From a virus (Duplodnaviria > Caudoviricetes), in the IMG/VR virus record IMGVR_UViG_3300003375_000001, positions 96,001-160,000 of that record: DNA of 64,000 bases. One strand, written 5' to 3'. Under the pieces are notes generated by a model, which worked only from the letters and a program-made list of their open reading frames with translations, did no database searches and was not told the DNA's origin. Position numbers and translations under genes: made by a program. Position 1 is the stretch's first letter. Every line of letters starts with the position of its first letter. Positions 10,005-19,923 of the stretch are shown here, in pieces.

Positions 10005-10899
10005 GAACACCTTGATAGTAGTTGACGGCAACTGGCTTATAAACAGAGCACATTCCGTTTACGCTACTCACCGTAACCCCGCGGAGTCCACGGCCAAGCA
10101 GGTCATAGCCTGGATGTTTGAGTACGCGCTGGTACATCAAGCCTCTCACATGCTTCTTGCTATAGACGGAGACAACGTTTTTCGCAAAATCATATTTCCA
10201 GGGTACAAGTTATCGCGTCAAAAGAAGCGAGAGGCCGAGGCCAGAGACAGCGGTAACTTCGTTGAAGGCGTATCAAATAGCAACCCCGTTTATGAATGCC
10301 TGTCCTCGCTTTTCGAAAGAGCTGACAAATTGAAGGTACCTTATATTCAAGAGGATGCCTTTGAAGCTGACGACATTCTAGTAGGCTGTGCCAATAAGTT
10401 CTCTGGCCCTGACTGTAAGGTCGTCCTCATATGCAATGATAAGGACGACATCCAAGGGCTAATAAACGAGCACGTGGTCTTATGGACGCCGGCCATGATG
10501 AAGAAAGAACCTGTGTACGTTACCTGTTCCAGCATAGAGGCCCTAGGACATAAGTTCAAAGACTCCCAGCAGTTCCTTCACTATCAGATTCTGATAGGTG
10601 ACCCGATGGACGATGTACCTCAGCTAATGACTCCGGCCAAAGCCTACAAGGTTGTGTCCACTTACGGCAGCTTAGGGGGATGGTTCAAAACGCCAGAAGG
10701 AAGAGAATGGTTTATGAAACACTCAGGTCCTGTTAAGCTTAACCGCGAGTTGATAACAATGGTTAATCAGTCTGTGGACAAACTAACCTTGTCTAAGCTA
10801 AAGCCTGAACAGGTAGCGGGTTATGAGGACATCAAGCCAAAGAACTACTACAACTACTTTGGCCTAGCCAAAACAGCACGTAGGTCTTTGTTCGGATAG
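9988..10899 (+). CDS. 5'-3' exonuclease / flap endonuclease (T4 RNase H-like)
   Basis: VVDGNW, EADDI, DKDD.Q, GDPMDDVP motifs. Confidence 0.85.
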   Translation: MAKKYKNTLIVVDGNWLINRAHSVYATHRNPAESTAKQVIAWMFEYALVHQASHMLLAIDGDNVFRKIIFPGYKLSRQKKREAEARDSGNFVEGVSNSNPVYECLSSLFERADKLKVPYIQEDAFEADDILVGCANKFSGPDCKVVLICNDKDDIQGLINEHVVLWTPAMMKKEPVYVTCSSIEALGHKFKDSQQFLHYQILIGDPMDDVPQLMTPAKAYKVVSTYGSLGGWFKTPEGREWFMKHSGPVKLNRELITMVNQSVDKLTLSKLKPEQVAGYEDIKPKNYYNYFGLAKTARRSLFG

Positions 10900-10989
10900 T
10901 CCAGTAAATAGTAGTCCTAGGGAGGCTCTAGGGACATCTAAAAGGCGTCAAAAACGGCGATCTGAGAAAATGTACTGAAACAGTGAAAA

Positions 10990-11028
10990 TGCTTAAAAAT
11001 GTAGCAAAAAGTGCTTAAAAATGTAGCA
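10990..11028. repeat. 17-bp direct repeat x2 (TGCTTAAAAATGTAGCA), 22-bp period
   Basis: Copies at 10990-11006 and 11012-11028 within a phased A-tract region. Confidence 0.9.
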
Positions 11029-11082
11029 TTTTACGAAAAATCGGCGAAAAAGTGAAGAAAATCAACTATTTAGCAGGTTTTC

Positions 11083-11091
11083 TGTTAAAAT
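11083..11091 (+). promoter_or_regulatory. extended -10 sigma70-type promoter (TGT TAAAAT)
   Basis: TGn plus TAAAAT at the end of the A-tract region, upstream of an accessory gene run; no good -35. Confidence 0.6.
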
Positions 11092-11166
11092 GAATACGAA
11101 AACGAGTAATTGCGCACTCACAACAAACGCGCGAATCACATACGCATACGAGGATGCGAATCAATC

Positions 11167-11502
11167 ATGAAAACACCAGAGTCTATAGATGCCGCTTTGT
11201 CTAAAGTACAAGCTGGCCTTTCCAACATCACAACTATCGCCTACAACCTGCGCTGCTACATCGAAACATTGGAGCTGGAGCTTGACCTCCTTCGTCAGTT
11301 TCGTATCAAGTACATCGTGGTAGGCTATAAAGGTGACAACGAGTCCCCAGCCTATATCAGCGAGGAACACGACACCTTCGATCAAGCACTAGCCGATGCT
11401 CACGCTAGTGGTCTTATCACTCGAATTGAAGTCCGACGCGAGATTACCAAGGACGAACGTACGAAAGGCTGGTTGCTAAAGGCTAAGCCAGAAGGTAACT
11501 AA
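11167..11502 (+). CDS. hypothetical protein
   Basis: ATG 11167 after GAGGA preferred to the track's upstream TTG. Confidence 0.65.
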   Translation: MKTPESIDAALSKVQAGLSNITTIAYNLRCYIETLELELDLLRQFRIKYIVVGYKGDNESPAYISEEHDTFDQALADAHASGLITRIEVRREITKDERTKGWLLKAKPEGN

Positions 11503-11503
11503 A

Positions 11504-11686
11504 ATGAGCCAGCTCTATCACATCTTCGCCGAGAATGTGATCACGAAAGAGCGTGTTCAGTTGACAACGCATGCTATGTCCAAGGCGCAGTCGGACTACA
11601 TGGCAGGCTTGTTCTCAACTCACTCGGCGCGCATTATTCGTGTTCTTCCTCTTCCAACTGTTATCCACTTCGAGGAATCCAAATGA
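11504..11686 (+). CDS. hypothetical protein
   Basis: Abutting ORF after GAAGG. Confidence 0.6.
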   Translation: MSQLYHIFAENVITKERVQLTTHAMSKAQSDYMAGLFSTHSARIIRVLPLPTVIHFEESK

Positions 11687-12063
11687 GCTTCGCCATGACT
11701 CGCATCCCTGTGTACCGTCGTCGGCCTGACGCCCGCGGGCGCTACCTTCCAAAGGAGCCTTACTTTTACGGAGGCCACAATCAAAGAACAGCGCGACAGG
11801 CTGCTGGCTCTTTCATGAAAGAGCATAAGTTGGAAGTTAAAGCCATGAAGGCTGATCCACGTGCGCGTAAGCATGACTGGTACAGCCTTCTCGACAAACT
11901 CAGGATGGATCGTAATATCTCCGAGCGTCGTTTGAAGAAAGCGTGGAAGCGTTTCGAGGCAAAGCAGGAACCGCGTGGCCGTGTTGAAAGGGCTTACGAA
12001 AGCGCCATATGTTATGAACTGTTTTGCAAAGCGGACGACCGACTGTATCGCAGTATGCTGTGA
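11683..12063 (+). CDS. hypothetical basic protein
   Basis: ATGA overlap, GAGGA RBS. Confidence 0.65.
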   Translation: MSFAMTRIPVYRRRPDARGRYLPKEPYFYGGHNQRTARQAAGSFMKEHKLEVKAMKADPRARKHDWYSLLDKLRMDRNISERRLKKAWKRFEAKQEPRGRVERAYESAICYELFCKADDRLYRSML

Positions 12064-12077
12064 AAGAGGAACAAAAG

Positions 12078-12308
12078 ATGAGTGCTGAAGCTATGGCCAA
12101 GTCTCTTTTCAACATAACCAGGGCCATCATTCATGGGCTCTGGGTTTATTTCTCTGTGATACTCGTTGCTGCCATAGCAATGAACGGATATCACGTCTGG
12201 GAAGAACGTCATGTCATTAACCTACCGTGCGTCGGTGGCGTTGTGATGTTTAGCGCAAACATAGTGACTCACGTAAAACGTGCGTGGACAACATGGTTGA
12301 GCTTCTAA
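12078..12308 (+). CDS. hypothetical membrane protein
   Basis: GAGGA RBS; two hydrophobic segments. Confidence 0.6.
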   Translation: MSAEAMAKSLFNITRAIIHGLWVYFSVILVAAIAMNGYHVWEERHVINLPCVGGVVMFSANIVTHVKRAWTTWLSF

Positions 12309-12363
12309 TTTTCTATCAGCCGTAACGACTGTATTCGTTGCATCATTAAACTCGGATCCTAAC

Positions 12364-13026
12364 ATGCCCAAACCAAAGTCCTTCAAGTCCATCATCAATT
12401 CTTTTGTGACGCCTGTAGATAAAAGAATATACCCCGTTTTTAGTCACGACGACGAAGACGACAGGCTAAAGGTATCCATCATAAATCCGTCTTTTGGGAA
12501 AGACGTGAAAAAACTGGAAGACACGTTATTAGAGGAAGGCTACACCAACCCTGAGATACAGGTAAAGTGTATTAAAGGAGACTGGACTTTTACCGCCGAG
12601 GCCACCGCCCCACAAAAGAAGGGAGAACTTACCGTATACCTGTCACCCTTGGAAGACTACTTGCGTAAGAACGAAGCTTCCGTTGTTCAGTTTCAAGCTA
12701 CAGAGGAACGGCTCAATGCCAAGGCCATCCCCGAGTTGGGAAAATTGGCGTCCGTGTTGGTTACCAAGTTTGATAAGAAAGGCAAAGGAAGCACTAGAGT
12801 GCTCTTACCTTGTTACATGGTAAGAGGTCAGTACTATGGGACTCGAGGTATATCGAATACTTGGACGATAAGGCCCGTCCTTCAAATACCAGATGACCAA
12901 GGTGTTCGTATTGAACTAGGCCCAGAAATCGAAGCTAACTACTGCTGGTTCGGTACCTACGTGGGTGACCTACGCTTGAGCCTTAGCGTAGTCTACAGTA
13001 AAGACTCCGAGTCTCAAAAAGCTTAA
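12364..13026 (+). CDS. hypothetical protein
   Basis: 220-aa ORF in the gene run. Confidence 0.7.
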   Translation: MPKPKSFKSIINSFVTPVDKRIYPVFSHDDEDDRLKVSIINPSFGKDVKKLEDTLLEEGYTNPEIQVKCIKGDWTFTAEATAPQKKGELTVYLSPLEDYLRKNEASVVQFQATEERLNAKAIPELGKLASVLVTKFDKKGKGSTRVLLPCYMVRGQYYGTRGISNTWTIRPVLQIPDDQGVRIELGPEIEANYCWFGTYVGDLRLSLSVVYSKDSESQKA

Positions 13027-13055
13027 ACTACACAAGTTTCTTGAAAGGAAACATA

Positions 13056-13418
13056 ATGGCACGCAAACACGGGTTTGTCCCCTCACCAATGATCCGTACA
13101 AAGTCTCTCAAGACTCTTGCGCGGGAATATCAAGACCTGTCTGAGCAGATCGCAGCCTTGCAGCGAAAACAGAATCTTGTGCGAGGTCAGCTGCAAGCGC
13201 AGGTAGGTATTGACTACTCTACTGTAGTTAAGCTGGAGCCGGGTGCTTTCGCAAAGATCAACGTCATCAAGTCTACGCGTGAAGACTATGACGGGGCCAA
13301 GCTGCTTGAATACGTTACGCCGTCTGTGTTGGCCAAGTGCCGTAAGCGCGTTCCCTACGTTCGGGTCACGGTGGCGCCTTGCACAGAAGACGTATACAAC
13401 TCCTACTTCGAGGTTTGA
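13056..13418 (+). CDS. hypothetical protein with coiled coil
   Basis: AAAGGA RBS before ATG 13056. Confidence 0.7.
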   Translation: MARKHGFVPSPMIRTKSLKTLAREYQDLSEQIAALQRKQNLVRGQLQAQVGIDYSTVVKLEPGAFAKINVIKSTREDYDGAKLLEYVTPSVLAKCRKRVPYVRVTVAPCTEDVYNSYFEV

Positions 13419-13420
13419 CC

Positions 13421-13648
13421 ATGTCGTCTATTACCACTTACGTCTTGTCCAACGCGGACAAGAACAGATTCCTGAGTCAGAAGTCGTTTGTAGTGTCTAC
13501 CACGTTTGACATTACAGATGCCCTGTTCTTATACGAGGACAAGGCTAGGCTTCTCCTCTCACTGGGGTCTAAGAACATGAGTTCTAATGTTCATGTTCAG
13601 GCTTTCCTTGAAGAAGCAGTCGTTACCCCTGTCACTATTACCTGGTAA
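13421..13648 (+). CDS. hypothetical protein
   Basis: GAGGT RBS. Confidence 0.6.
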   Translation: MSSITTYVLSNADKNRFLSQKSFVVSTTFDITDALFLYEDKARLLLSLGSKNMSSNVHVQAFLEEAVVTPVTITW

Positions 13649-13670
13649 TCAACTTTCAAAGGAAATCGTC

Positions 13671-14531
13671 ATGAAAAACAAACCTCTTGTTAACCTCGTT
13701 CACTTCCGTCCTGGAGCTATCGTTGAATTCAGGACTGGCTATCAGTCCGACACCGACACCTCGAACTACGTAGGCGTTATATCTCACCTCGTCCGCAATG
13801 GTGGTCACAGCTACCTGGCGGTGTTTTCCCACTGGTGGATGTCGGACAAGCCTGAAGAAGTTTTCACCGTGGACACAGGCTGCTTGTCTGATATGCAGAA
13901 GGCTGTCAACGTGGTCTGGGCTGTCAAGCTGCTTCAGCCTGCTCACCAGAACGCGACCGTCATAGTCGGCCCCAGGTACAAATTTGCTGAAATGGAGGAA
14001 CACCGGAAGAAACTTGACCGAGTCATATCAAATGGATGGGTTAAAATAAAACGTAACCAGGTCATATTTGAAATGGGCGTAGGTCAGCATGACTACCTCG
14101 CAGTGTACCTGGACAAGGGCAAATACAGCGTAGGTGAATTTGAATCCTTGGACTTCGAGAACTTGCGTATCGCATTGTTTGACCAAGGCACTATAGTTAG
14201 GCACAGGAAGAACGGCGCGGGTGGTTTTGTAAACCAGGACTCCTGGGTCTTGAACAAGAAGAGGCTGAAGCGATTCCTCGCAAGCCAGTTGAACAAGTTC
14301 AAGATCAACGGGCGTGCCGTGCAGAAGGCTGACGACGAGTTCTATGCCAGAATGTATGAAGAGGACATGGACAGAGAATATCGTAAGGAATACGGGGACG
14401 CCAAAGACAATATTACAGCGTCTGAAGCAAGATCGTGTTATGCACCTGACGAAACCTATGACGACTTCTTCGTTAGTCCTGTGACTCTTGACGAGGACAA
14501 CAGGCCTTCTGCTTCTGACCATATTAGCTAA
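13671..14531 (+). CDS. hypothetical protein
   Basis: AAAGGA RBS before ATG 13671. Confidence 0.7.
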   Translation: MKNKPLVNLVHFRPGAIVEFRTGYQSDTDTSNYVGVISHLVRNGGHSYLAVFSHWWMSDKPEEVFTVDTGCLSDMQKAVNVVWAVKLLQPAHQNATVIVGPRYKFAEMEEHRKKLDRVISNGWVKIKRNQVIFEMGVGQHDYLAVYLDKGKYSVGEFESLDFENLRIALFDQGTIVRHRKNGAGGFVNQDSWVLNKKRLKRFLASQLNKFKINGRAVQKADDEFYARMYEEDMDREYRKEYGDAKDNITASEARSCYAPDETYDDFFVSPVTLDEDNRPSASDHIS

Positions 14532-14583
14532 CCTCATAATCACTGACACTTTATCAACCAAACGAAAGTAAGAAGGAAACATC

Positions 14584-15066
14584 ATGGCTACAAAAGCAAA
14601 AGGCGAATGGTCTCACGAAGTTGTGGGCGAATGGAAACAGTCTGAGGCTGTTGTGTGGAAAGCTCAAGTCTCTAAGTCGCCCGAAGGCAAGACGTTGTTG
14701 GGTGTCCGTAAGTTCATCGTTCGAGCTGACGGCAACGAGATCGTCACGAAGGATGGCTTTAACTTGCCTCAAGACAACATACTGGAAAATGTTGAAGGCC
14801 TCACAGGGTTGTTAAACACGTTGACAGACACCAGTACGCCGAAGAAGGGTAAGAAGTCTTCGTCGAGCAAGTCTAACCAAAAGCTGGTTCTTTATAAGAA
14901 GGCCACAGACAGGTACCTGGTCAACGTCGTCGATGGCGTCATCAAGGTATCTGCTAAAAAGACCTCAGCTAAAGTCTTTGATGACTCTACCGAGGTCGAA
15001 GAATTCCTGTTTGAGGAAGGTGGTGACCTTCCCGCTCTCAAACACTTCAAGCCTATTAACGCCTAA
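14584..15066 (+). CDS. PC4-like ssDNA-binding domain protein
   Basis: N-terminal SPEGKTLLGVRKF...DG.....KDGFNL pattern resembles the PC4/YdbC fold. Confidence 0.55.
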   Translation: MATKAKGEWSHEVVGEWKQSEAVVWKAQVSKSPEGKTLLGVRKFIVRADGNEIVTKDGFNLPQDNILENVEGLTGLLNTLTDTSTPKKGKKSSSSKSNQKLVLYKKATDRYLVNVVDGVIKVSAKKTSAKVFDDSTEVEEFLFEEGGDLPALKHFKPINA

Positions 15067-15076
15067 GGAGGCAAGT

Positions 15077-15457
15077 ATGGACAACGCTGAACTTCTCAAA
15101 GTCACAGTAGTTCAGGTAGCTACCTTGATGGCAAAGTTAAGTAGCCATGACAAATTACTGAAGGTGATACCTGTTCACCCGAGTGAACCGCGAGCTGGTA
15201 CTATAGAAGAGAACGACGATCATGTAAGTCTATTCTTGCCTAGTTACCAAGTTGCAGAGGCGACCTCTAGACCGTTCGTCTTCTACTGGCGTAATGGAAA
15301 GCACGAGACTCTTTACGGGTCAACAGTAGAAGGCGCTTTCTCTACAAAGTACGGACGAGGTGCTATGCCTGCCCTTGACTTCTTTACTGACTACGGACCT
15401 GACATCCAGTATACTTGGAACCCCGAAACTCGTGAATGGGATAATAATCATGCGTAA
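15077..15457 (+). CDS. hypothetical protein
   Basis: AAGGAGG RBS before ATG 15077. Confidence 0.7.
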   Translation: MDNAELLKVTVVQVATLMAKLSSHDKLLKVIPVHPSEPRAGTIEENDDHVSLFLPSYQVAEATSRPFVFYWRNGKHETLYGSTVEGAFSTKYGRGAMPALDFFTDYGPDIQYTWNPETREWDNNHA

Positions 15458-16226
15458 CACCTATTACTACGTTCAGCGTCTTCTGTACGAAAGCGAGCCT
15501 AGATTGGGCCTTCTCAAACGTGATCCTCCTCAACATGTATCCGCTGTGGTAGCTCACGACTTTATGGGATCTTCCGAGTTCGAATGGGGATCTGTACCCA
15601 AAACTTGGAGTTACCTGACAACAGGTGAACGATCAAGTAGGAGTGTGAGCGAACTTAAGCTAGGGGTTATTCCAAAGGAAGACTTTGGAGGCAAACGCGA
15701 CTTGTTCCTTCTTTGCGATCCTGTAGACATGGACGCGGCGAGGATGGCCTTAGAATACCTTTGCGTCAAGGACGCGCCGTCTTGCAAAGAACGCACAGGC
15801 ATAAGCTCTGCGCTTTTTGACGACAAAGATCCTGAACATCGCATGTGGCTCGGCGTGGACAACTTCGTAGGCAGTACGCCAACGCCTACTAGGCCACCTG
15901 TCTTGTTTGGAACGTCCAAGCAAGAAATTATGGTGGTGCTTCTAGCGATCCTTGCACGCCGGCGCTTTTTGTTGAAAGATGTTCTGTTGGAGCAGGAAGA
16001 AATTCGAGTGTTGGATCAAGTGTTTTGGCCGCACAAAGGAAAACTCACTATTTTCAAAGTGGCGGCTGACCTGGACAACGCTGATGGTTTGCCTATGCTC
16101 CACCTTAAGCACTATACCACAAAGCGTTTCGTGCACAAGGATTATCCTCTTCGGGTGACTAATGTTAATGAAGACTTGCTTCTAAGCATAGTTGGAGCAG
16201 GTAACATCGAAACATTCTTTAGCTAA
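15450..16226 (+). CDS. hypothetical protein
   Basis: Overlapping start at 15450; long ORF. Confidence 0.7.
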   Translation: MRNTYYYVQRLLYESEPRLGLLKRDPPQHVSAVVAHDFMGSSEFEWGSVPKTWSYLTTGERSSRSVSELKLGVIPKEDFGGKRDLFLLCDPVDMDAARMALEYLCVKDAPSCKERTGISSALFDDKDPEHRMWLGVDNFVGSTPTPTRPPVLFGTSKQEIMVVLLAILARRRFLLKDVLLEQEEIRVLDQVFWPHKGKLTIFKVAADLDNADGLPMLHLKHYTTKRFVHKDYPLRVTNVNEDLLLSIVGAGNIETFFS

Positions 16227-16240
16227 GGACCAGACTAGTT

Positions 16241-16666
16241 ATGGGTAATTCTTTTGTATATAGTGTAAAAGGCCTTGGTCACTGGTATGAAAACAAGGAA
16301 GCTGACGGTAAGTACTGGGTTACTAATCCTGATTATCCAAACGAACGCTATTCATTCGAAACCGAGACGTGGGCTAGAGCCTGTACTATAGCGTTCAACA
16401 AACCTCAAACACTGAGACGTTTCATAGGTACTGTGACCACGGTCTCGGGTGTTAATGTTTCGTTTGTCAACCAGCGGCCTATGTCCTATTACTATATGGG
16501 TGATACCAAGCCGAGCTGGCTATTTATAGTGGTCAACTTAGTGCTAGGCCTCGACAAAATTATCGTGTTTGAAGATGTCACAAAGCGCATGCAAAGGGCT
16601 ATCGAAGTCAGAAAAAAGATAAAAGACGCGGTTCACGTTTTTCTTTGGGGCACAGGAAATTCGTGA
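16241..16666 (+). CDS. hypothetical protein
   Basis: ORF in the gene run. Confidence 0.65.
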   Translation: MGNSFVYSVKGLGHWYENKEADGKYWVTNPDYPNERYSFETETWARACTIAFNKPQTLRRFIGTVTTVSGVNVSFVNQRPMSYYYMGDTKPSWLFIVVNLVLGLDKIIVFEDVTKRMQRAIEVRKKIKDAVHVFLWGTGNS

Positions 16667-16672
16667 TATAAT
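16664..16672 (+). promoter_or_regulatory. extended -10 promoter TGA TATAAT upstream of ligA
   Basis: Perfect TGnTATAAT 30 nt before ATG 16702. Confidence 0.6.
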
Positions 16673-16701
16673 GAACTGTGTCTAAACTGGAGAGAAAAGT
16701 C

Positions 16702-18645
16702 ATGACGAAAGCTGAAATGCTGGCACTGTCGCTGGCGAAGAGGAAGTCCTTGTATAGCAAGGCGAAGCAGGCTTACTACAATTCGGAAGATGGAAAGGCC
16801 ATCCTGACCGATGCTATGTTTGACCTGTTGGAAGAAAGCATCCGAGTTGAAGAACCTAAATGGTCAGGACTCAAAGCCACTGGAGTAAAGGTCGGTAAGA
16901 AAGTAGAAGCTGACCTCGACGTGCCTTGTGCGTCACTCGAAAAGATTCTGCATGACAACCCTAAGGCCTTCGAACGTTGGAAAACGGCCGTTAGTCGTCT
17001 GCACTCTCACGCACACCTGAGCCGTAAGTTAGATGGTTCATCTTTGCAAGGTACTTGGATCAAAGGTACCTTGACACGTCTTCGCACCCGGGGTGATGGT
17101 GTGAAGGGAAAAGACATCAGCTATTTCATCCCGTATGTAAGTTTGCCAAAGACCTTGGTTGGCGTACCTGACAAGCTGGTGATTCGTTTCGAGGCCGTCA
17201 TCAAGCGTTCCGTCTATGAAAAGAAGTGGGCTAAACACTTCGAGTCGGCCCGCGCTTTGTCCTCGGCAGTGTTCAATCGGCAGGACGTTCACGAAGCCCT
17301 GAAAGACGTTGACCTCGTTGCCTTGAAGGTTCAACACCCCGTTATGGCACCCGCCGTAGGCTCAACGTTTCTGTGCAAGCATTACTTCGTTACCCCAGTT
17401 GGTGGTCGGGTGCCTCTGGAAAAGCTCACTCTGGAAAAGCTTACATCTTACACCGTCAACTCAAAGCAGGACTCCGAGTATGACATGGACGGCGTTGTTA
17501 TTCAGTCCGGCTCTGAAGATCCTAATCACTTTGTTGACACTGAAGATCGGCCCAAACTGGCGAAGGCCTTCAAGGTTAACACCGAAGTGGAAGAAGCCAT
17601 CGAGACAGTAATCGTAGGCATGGTTATCAAAGCTTCGTCATTCGGCGTACTCGTCCCCAAGGCGGTCATCAAGCCTGTGAAGATTGGTGACGTTACAGTA
17701 ACCAACGCAGCCGTGTATAACTTCAAGTGGGCTATTGACCGTGGCGCAGACATCGGTGCTACCGTGAAGGTTATCAGAGGGGGTGACATCATCCCTAAGA
17801 TTGTAGCGGTCACTAAGCCTGTCAAGTTCAAGTCCTATCCTAGCAAACAAAAGTTTGGCGAATACGACTGGGATGAAACTAAAACCAACCTCGTCCTTGT
17901 AGAGAAAGACTCGAAGGCCGTCATAGCTCAAAAGTTCCTGCGCTATTTCAACAAGCTTAAAATGGCCGATACCGGTATTGCACTAGCTACAAAGCTCGCG
18001 GACGCTGGGTATACTAGTACTGCTGAACTGGTATCCCTCAGCCTCTACGAAATTTCTTGCCTACCTGGTATCAAAGACTCTGCAAAGAAGTTGTATGGCC
18101 AGCTCTCTAGGGTTAGCAAGGGTGAGTACACTATTGTAGACCTGATGGCTGCCTCCTGCGTCTTTGATAAAGGCGTAGGTAGTACAAAGCTAGAAGCAGT
18201 ATACAGACACAATCCAGCATTGATGACAAGCAAGATTCCAACGGTAGCTAAAGAGCGTCAACGGTTCATAAAAGAACTAGAGGCTGAGGTTGCTACTATC
18301 AAAGGTAACGGCTGCGGTCCTGTCTTCGCAAAACTATACGCGTCCAAGTATGTAGAGTTTCAGGACTGGCGAAAAGAAGCTGGCTACCCCGAAGTGTGTA
18401 AGCCTAGTAACTTAAAGAAGCCTTCTGGCGCTGGTGGTACGTTGTCTGGGGAAGTAGTTACCATGACGGGCTACCGCGACGCGGAAGAGGTAGCCGCGTT
18501 GGAAGCCGCAGGTGCTGTGGTAGACAAGTTCAGCGCAAAGACCACGATTCTTTTGCACAGGCCAACAGGCAAGCGGTCAACTAAGTTAGACAAGGCTGCT
18601 AACGCGGGTATGCGTGTTTGTGAATTCAAGGACCTCAAGCTATGA
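16702..18645 (+). CDS. ligA: NAD-dependent DNA ligase
   Basis: KLDG adenylation motif, DMDGVV, GGDIIPKI, C-terminal BRCT-like domain; ATG 16702 after GGAGA. Confidence 0.92.
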   Translation: MTKAEMLALSLAKRKSLYSKAKQAYYNSEDGKAILTDAMFDLLEESIRVEEPKWSGLKATGVKVGKKVEADLDVPCASLEKILHDNPKAFERWKTAVSRLHSHAHLSRKLDGSSLQGTWIKGTLTRLRTRGDGVKGKDISYFIPYVSLPKTLVGVPDKLVIRFEAVIKRSVYEKKWAKHFESARALSSAVFNRQDVHEALKDVDLVALKVQHPVMAPAVGSTFLCKHYFVTPVGGRVPLEKLTLEKLTSYTVNSKQDSEYDMDGVVIQSGSEDPNHFVDTEDRPKLAKAFKVNTEVEEAIETVIVGMVIKASSFGVLVPKAVIKPVKIGDVTVTNAAVYNFKWAIDRGADIGATVKVIRGGDIIPKIVAVTKPVKFKSYPSKQKFGEYDWDETKTNLVLVEKDSKAVIAQKFLRYFNKLKMADTGIALATKLADAGYTSTAELVSLSLYEISCLPGIKDSAKKLYGQLSRVSKGEYTIVDLMAASCVFDKGVGSTKLEAVYRHNPALMTSKIPTVAKERQRFIKELEAEVATIKGNGCGPVFAKLYASKYVEFQDWRKEAGYPEVCKPSNLKKPSGAGGTLSGEVVTMTGYRDAEEVAALEAAGAVVDKFSAKTTILLHRPTGKRSTKLDKAANAGMRVCEFKDLKL

Positions 18646-19076
18646 CTACACTGAACTATGAGAAGTCGCCGCGCCCTGTTCATAACAGTGAGCTTCCTGT
18701 GTTTCCTCTTCCCGGTTGGAAAGAAAAGGCACCCAGTCCTACCTGGGTTAACCCTGCTGCTTTGAAGCCCCGAATCGTATGGGTGGCTGGCCTTAAGTTA
18801 ACCATCCCTCGTTCTGGTTGGAATACGGATAAAGGTGCTTGGCTATGCCATAACGAATACTGGATAACGGCTCAAGGGTCTTCACCAGAAGAGGCCTACG
18901 TCAAATGGCTTAAAAGAATGCAGTCCTTTTACGTAATCAAAAGACACGGTTGGTGGAATAAACGAGGCGCGCAAAACTGGTATAACGCTAACTGTTGGGC
19001 AGTGCGATCTTACATAGGTGACAAACGCATTTGCGGGTACCTCCCACAAACCGACGAACTTGTTCTTCAAGGATGA
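18642..19076 (+). CDS. hypothetical Trp-rich protein
   Basis: ATGA overlap. Confidence 0.65.
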   Translation: MTTLNYEKSPRPVHNSELPVFPLPGWKEKAPSPTWVNPAALKPRIVWVAGLKLTIPRSGWNTDKGAWLCHNEYWITAQGSSPEEAYVKWLKRMQSFYVIKRHGWWNKRGAQNWYNANCWAVRSYIGDKRICGYLPQTDELVLQG

Positions 19077-19354
19077 CTGTCATGATAACCATTCGAGTGC
19101 TTAGCGGTGGCGTGCACCGTTGTAATGAGAAGCGTGAGCCTCAGGCGTTTCTCGGTAACATAATCAGAGATCGTACTGACGAAGGTCCTTGGGACATGTA
19201 TCACGGTCCGTGGCGGTTCATCCAGTTAAGACCTGTCTCCCTGACTCAAGAGGACATAATCAAAATCTTTCCTAAGGTAGAGATTCTTAACATGCGTACC
19301 CGTATGTTAGGCACATGCGGAATAACTGATGACAGCATGCCGGAGGACTTCTAA
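19073..19354 (+). CDS. hypothetical protein
   Basis: ATGA overlap. Confidence 0.6.
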   Translation: MTVMITIRVLSGGVHRCNEKREPQAFLGNIIRDRTDEGPWDMYHGPWRFIQLRPVSLTQEDIIKIFPKVEILNMRTRMLGTCGITDDSMPEDF

Positions 19355-19356
19355 CA

Positions 19357-19923
19357 ATGACAGTCTTTCAACGTGTACTCCCCGGTCATAGAAACGTATG
19401 GCCAGAGGACTTAACTGTTATTTCTAACTTCGGCCTTGTTGTTTTGTTAAAGAAGTGCAATGGGCGTATAGCTAACTGCCAGGCTAAGATTGACTTGAGT
19501 TCCTTTGACATAGACTGCCCTGACGAAAGACGAAGAAGCCTGAAAGCTAGCATCCGTCAGGCCTACTTGGACAGAGACAGTATATTGCAGGAGATGTTGG
19601 CGCGACACAAGGCTAAGTTTTGCCTAGGCGATGACATCACACTTCCACGCCTCGGAGTCAAGTCGGTTATAGCTTCCGAAATAGCCATTGCCAGAGACAA
19701 CGCAAGTGTTATACTGGCAACTGAAAAACTAAAGGCAAAGGAAGCAGACGCTGCCAGGAAACATGAACTAGACCTGCTCAGAGCAGGCAGTGAAGCAGAG
19801 GTCATGAAGACCGTTATAAAAGAAATGCTGGGGTTAACCATTTACTACCAGGTAAAAGAGGTAGTAGCTAAACGACTAAACGAACAACTTGGAGTTCAAG
19901 ATGAAGACAGTATTGAAAACTGA
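19357..19923 (+). CDS. hypothetical coiled-coil protein
   Basis: GGAGG RBS. Confidence 0.7.
   Translation: MTVFQRVLPGHRNVWPEDLTVISNFGLVVLLKKCNGRIANCQAKIDLSSFDIDCPDERRRSLKASIRQAYLDRDSILQEMLARHKAKFCLGDDITLPRLGVKSVIASEIAIARDNASVILATEKLKAKEADAARKHELDLLRAGSEAEVMKTVIKEMLGLTIYYQVKEVVAKRLNEQLGVQDEDSIEN

Noticed and set aside
10990-11028. CRISPR array
   Set aside because: Only two 17-bp copies with a 5-bp gap
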